The notes below the pieces were generated by a model. That model worked only from the letters and a program-made list of their open reading frames with translations. It did no database searches and was not told where the DNA came from. DNA of 64,000 nt from Eledone cirrhosa (taxonomy: Eukaryota): positions 232,376,001 through 232,440,000 of the forward strand of contig OZ024742.1 of NCBI GenBank assembly GCA_964016885.1, written 5' to 3'. The position numbers and the translations under genes are program-made. This document shows positions 55,401 through 62,429 of this stretch, piece by piece. Numbering within the stretch: position 1 is the first letter of the stretch; each line of letters begins with the position of its first letter.

Positions 55401-56004
55401 AATTTGATTTAAACAGTACTGTAAGTGTATTTTTTCAAATACTGAAATATTTTGCTGAAGTATTTTTTAAATACTGAAATATTTTTTTTGTAATATGTAG
55501 TGCATATAATGTGTATGAGTTTGATTGAGTCAGACAGAGTATTATTGAAACCAACGAATTGGTCAATGGTTTAGATTCTCTGTTCACTTGTGCTCTGTGT
55601 ATATGGTCATGACTCTCAACTATATGTGGCTAAGTTTATTAGCTGTTAGTAGATATCACATAGATCTGGGAAGTGATAAAAAAATAATAGATATCATAGG
55701 CCTTATTGGTTTACCATCATCAACTGTATATATTTTTGGTGTCAAAAGTATTATTTTTCAGGTCGAAACTGTATTAGAATCATTTCCTGATTTTTCAATT
55801 TACAGGGATAATAATTTCCTTGTAAGGAATTTTCAAAGAATAATGAATATTGATTAATTATTTCAGATGGTCATATGGTGTATTACTTTGGGAAATAATT
55901 ACTGTTGGAGGAATACCCTATGGCGAAATGAGCCGGCAAGAACTTCTTGACTATCTGATGTCAGACAAACGCCTTGAAATTCCTAGCCAATGTAACCCAG
56001 AATT
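27059..56004 (+). CDS. Multi-exon gene (partial; 14 exons traced): EGF-repeat single-pass receptor with tyrosine-kinase-like pseudokinase domain (Tie/MEGF-like architecture)
   Basis: Exons bounded by AG/GT (one AG/GC) with compatible phases: 7 Cys-rich EGF exons, a TM exon, and kinase subdomains I-X with RTK-typical intron positions (SDL|W, PEL|). Start exon and final kinase exon not found in the window. Confidence 0.9.
27515..27716. mobile_element. piggyBac-type MITE
   Basis: ttaa|cccttttagca ... acaggg|ttaa; same family as 14760. Confidence 0.75.
27770..28130 (+). mobile_element. Decayed CRE/R2-type LINE restriction-like endonuclease C-terminus
   Basis: Translates to ..IWDAMC.. and KMSKYQSLRDRFHFLLVAVKIFGNLG, resembling WDxTC / KxxKY / FxPxAxETxGxxG. 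Confidence 0.5.
28551..28688 (+). CDS. Exon: EGF/laminin-EGF repeat 2
   Basis: cttcag|aa...aaag|gtcagt; 138 bp; CDFTRYGDKCSKKCHCKKEMERCDKITGVCKSGCSAGWLGENCQK. Confidence 0.92.
29580..29953 (+). mobile_element. CR1-clade LINE 3' end
   Basis: ORF 29597..29785 TRGHAYKI..RRHFFTLRVAEAWNKLP; 3' UTR ending in (tta)n. Confidence 0.85.
30291..30845 (-). mobile_element. Ingi/Vingi/I-group-like LINE with 5' inversion
   Basis: 30291-30634 minus: WVTLNRAR..CxCG..QTIAH..C knuckle and (TGA)n tail. 30635-30845 plus: YLGVALDRTLSFKQH..RNNLFSKLTNTSWGAD. TSD atgtgtactt / atatgtactt. Confidence 0.8.
30872..30961. mobile_element. Palindromic Tc1/mariner MITE
   Basis: tattgggtcgtcaagtatgaaatttgtagaaa ... tttctacaaatttcatacttgacgacccaata; related copy at 12216-12296. 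Confidence 0.75.
31640..32230 (+). mobile_element. Penelope-like GIY-YIG 3' fragment with decayed hammerhead
   Basis: TYIGESACSIGE... and LHQHAKMEH..MLRQITEATNINELQPKLNRKHEW; gtca-CTAAGGA-ggtcac..gtgac-AAAAG-aa-CTT-tgac at 32164-32206. Confidence 0.7.
32725..32765 (-). ncRNA. Minimal type I hammerhead ribozyme (inverted partner copy)
   Basis: Exact reverse complement of 34296-34336. Confidence 0.85.
34296..34336 (+). ncRNA. Minimal type I hammerhead ribozyme
   Basis: uugcc-CUGAUGA-GUCC-uuaaua-GGAC-GAAAC-auu-GUU-ggc, then AAUAAA at 34337. Confidence 0.85.
34867..35066. other. Assembly gap (200 N)
   Basis: Run of n. Confidence 1.
35070..35520 (-). mobile_element. RTE-type LINE 3' end fragments with (GAA)n tract
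   Basis: QLRFYGHI..AKPTGRRPRGR on the minus strand; related copy at 45650-45850 also lies next to (ctt)n. Confidence 0.65.
35585..35725 (+). CDS. Exon: EGF/laminin-EGF repeat 3 (GC splice donor)
   Basis: ctaaag|at...gaag|gcaagt; 141 bp; CAETSRYGLSCQKRCSHYCKNQKCDRVSGKCLEGCIQGHQGDKCDE (inside ORF 35551..35736). Confidence 0.88.
36984..37530 (-). mobile_element. Internally deleted mariner element with both TIRs
   Basis: TA|cttggcgtgcaataaagtctttagaata ... tattctaaatctttattgcaacagccaag|TA; internal YSPNLNLCD (YSPDL-like) remnant. Confidence 0.7.
37652..37790 (+). CDS. Exon: EGF repeat 4, frameshifted as assembled
   Basis: caacag|aa...aaag|gtaatt; 139 bp. Three single-base indel corrections give CPAGTYGPDCNRTCNSNCIDGVCEWYNGYCKIGCKPGFQSGHCDK. 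Confidence 0.75.
38328..38470 (+). CDS. Exon: EGF repeat 5, frameshifted as assembled
   Basis: tttcag|aa...ctta|gtaagg; 143 bp. Removing about 5 inserted bases gives CDDVTFGSNCQEKCRCIDENEICNKTTGVCLSSCQTGWRGANCSL. Confidence 0.75.
38930..39420 (-). mobile_element. Decayed hAT (Buster/Charlie) transposase fragment
   Basis: ORF 38967..39203 ASYYISFNITKQKVSHKIGEDII...IPLSNNTV. Confidence 0.75.
41924..42064 (+). CDS. Exon: EGF repeat 6
   Basis: tatcag|at...gaag|gtaaat; 141 bp; CEYGTFGLNCTYLCGFCKDQVTCDSITGLCPKNYCENGWTGEMCTE. Confidence 0.92.
42255..42469. mobile_element. piggyBac-type MITE
   Basis: ttaa|ccctttagcattta ... taaatgctaaaggg|ttaa. Confidence 0.8.
42571..42708 (+). CDS. Exon: EGF repeat 7
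   Basis: atttag|aa...agaa|gtaagc; 138 bp; CETGLYGFNCSTVCGFCANNKTCNSFNGTCPDGCLGGYTGSVCDR. Confidence 0.92.
43296..43773. repeat. Perfect 23-bp minisatellite, about 21 copies
   Basis: Unit atttcattaatattatatattac. Confidence 0.95.
45184..45368 (+). CDS. Exon: transmembrane helix and stop-transfer/juxtamembrane region
   Basis: tttcag|ga...caag|gtatgt; phase 1-0; RILAEDYRNLMKN-LAIALAVFTGLFTFTCIILMAIMLLV-SKKKKDKEIITRDDEVPEVIDDK. Confidence 0.9.
46527..46695 (+). CDS. Exon: kinase subdomains I-II (degenerate Gly loop, no beta3 Lys)
   Basis: ttacag|caa...aaag|gtaag; QELIIPQTKHQLITIGELVVGITDRKLNTGCFGDIWKARSLSSWDNTTEVALLIVK. Confidence 0.9.
47150..48050 (-). mobile_element. Decayed CR1/Jockey-type LINE fragments
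   Basis: PDNVPSIILKQCA and PWF/SNPG-like pre-RT remnants in broken ORFs. Confidence 0.55.
49140..49250 (+). CDS. Exon: kinase subdomains III-IV
   Basis: tcatag|at...aatg|gtatgt; DGLSDDERGDLKEAKAMAEALGQHPNILSFITDAVAN (LGxHPNI motif as in Tie/FGFR kinases). Confidence 0.9.
50343..50515 (+). CDS. Exon: kinase subdomains V-VIa
   Basis: tccaag|at...ccag|gtatta; DRHYIALDYAESGDLRSYLLKMRKGTDKEPNVLVFFQVKLLYIAAEIACGLLYLSNHQ. Confidence 0.9.
50994..51326 (-). mobile_element. SINE, same family as 7130-7530
   Basis: Near-identical sequence, lacking one internal 48-bp-type unit. Confidence 0.75.
51445..51543 (+). CDS. Exon: kinase subdomains VIb-VII (HGN / GFG)
   Basis: tttcag|aca...gaag|gtatgc; TIHGNLCAQNIYLDEILRAKIGGFGFTKPAVMK. 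Confidence 0.9.
51562..52075. mobile_element. MITE with long imperfect TIRs and TA TSD
   Basis: tagggtttctctctcaaatttgtcattatc... / ...gataatgaaattgagggggaaccctg|ta. Confidence 0.65.
52423..53135. mobile_element. Probable solo LTR
   Basis: tgtagcgga...tccgttata termini with caat/cagt 4-bp TSD; splits a copy of a local duplication whose uninterrupted version is at about 52150-52225. Confidence 0.45.
54095..54159 (+). CDS. Exon: kinase subdomain VIII to start of IX
   Basis: ttatag|gat...actt|gtaagt; phase 0-2; DEYKWQAIETLKTGWTSTMSDL. Confidence 0.88.
55867..56004 (+). CDS. Exon: kinase subdomains IX-X
   Basis: tttcag|a...aatt|gtgagt; phase 2-2; WSYGVLLWEIITVGGIPYGEMSRQELLDYLMSDKRLEIPSQCNPEL. 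Confidence 0.93.
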
Positions 56005-57089
56005 GTGAGTTGATAATTTTATTATGTAACTTCCATAATAATAGATTTAGATTCTTAAAAAGCAAAAATATAAAAAGAAATTAAATAAAGAATAAATACT
56101 TATGAGAATTTAGCCAAGCTGTTTGAATTTCTCAAAATTTATAGAAAATTTAAACATGTAAAATTATTTTCCTCCTAAAAAATAATCAAAATTTTATTTT
56201 GCCAGCAAGTTCTACTGGTTTTTTCAGTCCTTATAAAGGAATTTTTTGAATGAGCACTGTTGGCAGTAATAACTTGTCTTATCTCTTTGAAATTCAACTA
56301 GTTTTCTAACTATGCCAAGATGATATAATCTGTGACGTATCATTCTATGAATTGTGGACATAGTATGGCTGAATGGCCAGGAAGTTCAGTTTGTAATCAT
56401 TAGGTCCCAGGTTCAATTCCACTATGGCATCTTGGGCAAGTGATATTTACCATACCATCATGTCAACAAATGCCTTGTGAGTGAAATTGGATAGGCGGAA
56501 ACTGTTTTGAACCCTATCAGATGGCCTGTACCAGTAATTCAAAGGGCCAGCAATGTCTCACTGTGTCATGCTAGTCTTCCAGAGAATTACATTTAGGGTA
56601 CATATATCTGTGGAATGCACTGCCACTTACACATTAATTTCAGGAGTATTGATTTAACAATTGGAACACTTGTCATTGAAATAGATAGAGGTCCATTCCA
56701 TTCTATAATATACAAAACTGACTGATTGAGCAACTGCTTCAATACCCAGATTTGAAAAAAGAATATTTGTTTCTAAACTAATGTCCATTAAGGCTCTGAT
56801 GCATGTTCTTGTATCAGTGGGCTAGTTGGATAGAACATTATTACCTTTGGTATAGGAGTTTTAGTTCAAATGCAGTCTGGTGATATGTACACATTCAGGA
56901 ATAAAACATCTGGTGATGATTGGAAATCAAAGTTATTGAAATGTTTTGTCATTGTAAATAATTTTCAAAAATTCATCTTTAAAGATGAGTTTAACAGTAA
57001 AAAAGTAATAACTATACTAACAGGTCTACTCAGATATATAGGCATATTATATTAAAATGTGAATATATATATATATATATTATATTATA

Positions 57090-57350
57090 AGTAATTCCAC
57101 CACAGTTAGTTCACCATTACCAAGAACAATTGTTTCACCTTATTCGGATCATCAGGTCGGCTTAAATGAGGTTGTACAGAAAAGGAAAAACAACTGTACG
57201 AATACGCATGTACAGAAACAGCTGATGATCTGAATAAGGTGAAACAATTGTTCTCGGTATGGTGAACTAACTGTTGTGTAACCACTTCTACCAAACTTGT
57301 CCCATGGACTGAGTGCTCTACTACTATGGATATAACCCACCAGTGTTCTA
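57090..57350 (+). mobile_element. Small fold-back pLTR element with two inverted hammerhead cores
   Basis: Arms 57102-57155 and 57222-57274; CUGAUGA-uc(c/u)gaauaaggu-GAAAC-aauu-GUU on each strand. Confidence 0.75.
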
Positions 57351-57362
57351 TTATATATATAT

Positions 57363-57563
57363 ATTAAAATAACAGATTAAAGTTTAAGCAAAGAATCACT
57401 GCTTTCACCCTTAACAGGATCTTCTGAAACAGCGATTCTTTGCTTAAACTTTAATCTGTTATTTTAATAAATATTTGCTCTACGGTTCTTATATATTTGA
57501 TATATATATTTATCCTTATCGAGCCCTCTTTGGATTTTAGTCTTCAAATTTATTATTATTACT
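57363..57563. mobile_element. Hairpin pLTR-like element, same family as 21289-21450
   Basis: 57363-57401 pairs with 57430-57468; remainder is the reverse complement of 21289-21420. Confidence 0.7.
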
Positions 57564-57580
57564 ATATATATATATATATA

Positions 57581-59816
57581 TATAGAAAGGATAAAAAGGA
57601 CAATTGATTATTCCTTCATTGCATTTATTGATAGGTATAGGTGACGCGCGTTTCGCCACTGATATGCTCAAGTTTCGATCTATATCGATCCTACCCGACT
57701 CAATAATCGGCAGCTCGACGGACCCTCTTAAAATGCTATAAGAAAATGAAATACATGCTATGTGGTAAAGTCAGAGTTTCAAGAGTTTGACAAAATGAGT
57801 TGTTTTGATTGGTGGGAAGGATCAAGGCGATGTACTGGCCTGTAGTGTATATGGGGGTGGATGTGATGGTGAGATGTTGGTGACGGTCTGTGGATGAGGT
57901 GGGCTGTGGTGTGGTGGTGGTGGGATGATATGTGTTGATGATGTTAATGATAATGATTGTTGAAGTATGTGGATGTATTTAGTGGTGGCGGTGGTTGTGT
58001 GTGCGTGCGACAGTACAGTTACAGGGTCGAATTTAGCGTGGGGTTGTATGTTAGGGTAGATAGAGGGAACATGGGGGGATGAGGTTATAGGCGTGTATGG
58101 TAGGCACATGACGATGTGTGGTGTGGTGGTGGTGGCGATGGTGTGATATGATCGACATTGTATTTACAAGGTCCCAAAATCGAATGTATTATATATCCTC
58201 CACCCCCCGTCTACCTACCATATAACACACCGTAACCTCTGATCATGTAATCATCTTGTCGAACATACCACCCCAACACCACCACCATCACTATGTTCAC
58301 AACACACATCGCTGTACGTCCATAAACGTTTTTCCCCCGCGTTCCCTATGTCACCTTTTAACCGGTATTGGATCCGGTATATATATTTTTGTCCCTCACA
58401 ACTCCACCACCACAAAACACAACTCCACACTTCATCAACACCGACAACACATACCTCCACTCCCCAACCAACAATAGTGTGTGTGTCTGTGTGTAAGTAT
58501 TTTTACTCATACGGGCGTTTTAAGTGTGCGTGCGTGTATGCAAATTTATATGTATGTGTATGTGAACACATGTGTATGCATATGTCTATGTGTGTGTATA
58601 TATATATATATCTGTGTATATATATGTGTATGTGTATGCATATGTGTATGTATGTGTACGTCTACATATATGTATATGGGTAAATCTAACTGTATGTATA
58701 GGTGAGCTCATATATGTGCATGTATGTGTATATGTGCGTGTATGTGTGTGTTGTCGGTACATGTGTGTGTATATATATATGTGTATATATATATATATAT
58801 GTGTGTGCGAGTGTGTATGTATATATCGTGCATACATGAGTGTGAGTCCATGTGCCCATACCCATGTGTATGTATGTGTATGTATATATGTAAAACACCT
58901 TCTACATCGCCTCTCACCTTCCCCCCATCTCTGTCGTTCGCCACCCCCACAGATACTCCCCCACTCTCCATATTCGTGTCCGCATGCGCGCATACATATA
59001 CATGTGTGTACATATACATATGGCTGTGTGTGAGCGTATGCCGATATGTGTGGGCAAGGATGTGCGTATGTGTTTTATGTTGTGTGTGTTTATACAACAA
59101 TATATGTGCACATATATACATATATGTGTGTGTGTATACGTATATACAAGGTATCTGTCAGACGAAGAGCGTCTAAATATGTATCTAGGTAAGGCCCTGA
59201 CGCCACCAATACATCCACCACACCACCACTACCATAGACAACGGCACCACTACCACACCCCCACCCACACGCCAACCCGTCTACTGACAATCCACTAACC
59301 TCATACCACAGCCCATCCCACTAAATAACCTTAACCACCACCATATCATCACATCCACCCCCACATACTCTACACACCAAGGCCAACCCACCACCACCAC
59401 ACCACAGCCCACCTCATCCACAGACCGTCACCAACATCTCACCATCACATCCACCCCCATATACACTACAGGCCAGTACATCGCCTTGATCCTTCCCACC
59501 AATCAAAACAACTCATTTTGTCAAACTCTTGAAACTCTGACTTTACCACATAGCATGTATTTCATTTTAAGAGGGTCCGTCGAGCTGCCGATTATTGAGT
59601 CGGGTAGGATCGATATAGATCGAACCTTGAGCTGATCAGTGGCGAAACGCGCGTCCCCTATACCTATCAATAAATGCAATGAAGGAATAATCAATCGTCC
59701 TTTTTATCCTTTCTATATTTTACACTCTGTATAGCTCTACACATCATCACAGAAGTGAACCTAAACATCGAGTGCTCACCCGGGTGAACCTGCAGTAACT
59801 CCTAGTTACACCCTCT

Positions 59817-59820
<4 letters not shown>
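57581..59820 (+). mobile_element. Fold-back Penelope-like element with about 340-bp inverted arms
   Basis: 57581-57924 is the reverse complement of 59387-59717; tail 59718-59820; (TA)n on both sides; low-complexity interior. Confidence 0.8.
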
Positions 59821-59848
<28 letters not shown>

Positions 59849-59857
<9 letters not shown>

Positions 59858-60571
59858 TAAAAAAATAATTAATAAAACAATGAAACAGTTCCTTATATTA
59901 AACAAAAAAAAGTTCATTATTTAACGATCGTTTCTAGGATATATATGTGTTAGAATTGGCATGCATATTCAACAGATCTATGTACAAAATTATACAAAAT
60001 TATACAAACTATCAAAATTAAATATACATACCAAACATATATATGCCGTCTTCGAAGACGGCATATATATGTGTTTGGTATGTATATTTAATTTTGATAG
60101 TTTGTATAATTTTGTATAATTTTGTACATAGATCTGTTGAATATGCATGCCAATTCTAACACATATATATCCTAGAAACGATCGTTAAATAATTGTTTCT
60201 ACTTTAGGCACAAGGCCAGCAATTACCCAGTACATTACTGGTACTTTATTTTATCGACCCCGTAAGGATGAAAGGCAAAGTTAACCTCGGCGGGATTTGA
60301 ACTCAGATCGTAAAGGGACGTAACTATGCTAGAAAGCATGGCGTCCAACCCTCTACCGACACTGCGTTAAATAATGAACTTTTTTTGTTTAATATAAGGA
60401 ACTGTTTCATTGTTTTATTCATTATTTTTTAAATATTTTATCTTGACTCTGTATTCCGTTTATCTTTCACCGAAAGTGATTTTTCATTGCATCTCTTCTT
60501 TCCATGATATCCGGATTACATTGAGTTCTTCATACGGATTGGACACTACCGTAAACTCTTGGTAGATTTAT

Positions 60572-60577
<6 letters not shown>
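59849..60577 (+). mobile_element. Spacerless palindromic pLTR element interrupted by a SINE
   Basis: Centre ccgtcttc|gaagacgg at 60053/60054; arms about 205 bp; SINE 60194-60364 with TSD cgttaaataat. Confidence 0.8.
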
Positions 60578-60600
<23 letters not shown>

Positions 60601-60603
<3 letters not shown>

Positions 60604-62428
60604 TCTCGATTCTTCTCTCCATTCGAACCCCATTCAATCACTTCTATGTCCTAATTTCACACTATATCATATTTTCACCATTCTATATCATATCTTTTCT
60701 CTAAAAATCATATTTCCCCTATCACCGCATTTTCTCTACCGTATTTTCTTAAACAAAACAAATCTTGTATTTTCGTTTATTGTTAAATCATGCCCAAAAT
60801 ACGGCGATCTTATCTGAAACCTTACATTCTCGCTATCACTATTATATATTCCTTTAAATATAATTTGTTAAACTTGCTAAGTTTTACGCAAATCTTCGAG
60901 TACCTATTTAAACTTTTAACCTCTGCTCCATCCCATATTCTACCCCCTACCCATTCATCATGCTGGTTCCTGCCCCCCCCCTCCCTCTCTATACATATAA
61001 GATAAAACCCTACCAAAATTAATCAAAATCGCCAACTCGCTATTTCTGGGATGGCTGTTCCCTTCGGTATAAAGTAACGTTCAAATTTTTCTCGATTCTT
61101 CTCTCCATTCGAACCCATTCATTCAATCAATCACTTCTATGTCCTAATTTCACACTATATCATATTTTCACCATTCTATATCATATCTTTTCTCTAAAAA
61201 TCCTATTTCCCCTATCACCGCATTTTCTCTACCGTATTTTCTTAAACAAAACAAATCTTGTATTTTCGTTTATTGTTAAATTATGCCCAATTTTTTCTCG
61301 ATTCTTCTCTCCATTCGAACCCATTCATTCAATCACTTCTATGTCCTAATTTCACACTATATCATATTTTCACCATTCTATATCATATCTTTTCTCTAAA
61401 AATCCTATTTCCCCTATCACCGCATTTTCTCTACCGTATTTTCTTAAACAAAACAAATCTTGTATTTTCGTTTATTGTTAAATTATGCCCAATTTTTTCT
61501 CGATTCTTCTCTCCATTCGAACCCATTCATTCAATCACTTCTATGTCCTAAATTCACACTATATCATATTTTCACCATTCTATATCATATCTTTTCTCTA
61601 AAAATCATATTTTCCCTATCACCGCATTTTCTCTATCGTAATTTCTTAAACAAAACAAATCTTGTATTTTCGTTTATTGTTAAATCATGCCCAAAATACG
61701 GCGATCTTATCTGAAACCTTACATTCTCGCTATCACTATTATATATTCCTTTAAATATAATTTGTTAAACTTGCTAAGTTTTACGCAAATCTTCGAGTAC
61801 CTATTTAAACTTTTAACCTCTGCTCCATCCCATATTCTATCCCCTACCCATTCATCATGCTGGTTCCTGCCCCCCCCCCCCCTCCCTCTCTATACATATA
61901 AGATAAAACCCTACCAAAATTAATCAAAATCGCCAACTCGCTATTTCTGGGATGGCTGTTCCCTTCGGTATAAAGTAACGTTCAAAATTTTTCTCGATTC
62001 TTCTCTCCATTCGAACCCATTCATTCAATCACTTCTATGTCCTAATTTCACACTATATCATATTTTCACCATTCTATATCATATCTTTTCTCTAAAAATC
62101 ATATTTCCCCTATCACCGCATTTTCTCTACCGTATTTTCTTAAACAAAACAAATCTTGTATTTTCGTTTATTGTTAAATTATGCCCAATTTTTTCTCGAT
62201 TCTTCTCTCCATTCGAACCCATTCATTCAATCACTTCTATGTCCTAAATTCACACTATATCATATTTTCACCATTCTATATCATATCTTTTCTCTAAAAA
62301 TCATATTTTCCCTATCACCGCATTTTCTCTATCGTAATTTCTTAAACAAAACAAATCTTGTATTTTCGTTTATTGTTAAATCATGCCCAAAATACGGCGA
62401 TCTTATCTTAAACCTTACATTCTCGCTA
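60601..62428. repeat. Higher-order tandem array (A about 202 bp, B about 290 bp): A B A A A B A A B'
   Basis: ttttctcgattcttctctccattcgaaccc recurs at about 60601, 61087, 61293, 61495, 61988 and 62191; the ORF track repeats MYFRLLLNY and MPKIRRSY. Confidence 0.9.
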
Positions 62429-62429
62429 A

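Noticed and set aside
58256-59298. Many overlapping ORFs rich in Y/I/C/V/M/H/T
   Set aside because: Translations of (TA)n, (TG)n and (CA)n low-complexity sequence; the same applies at 603-938, 7705-8052 and 15792-16417.
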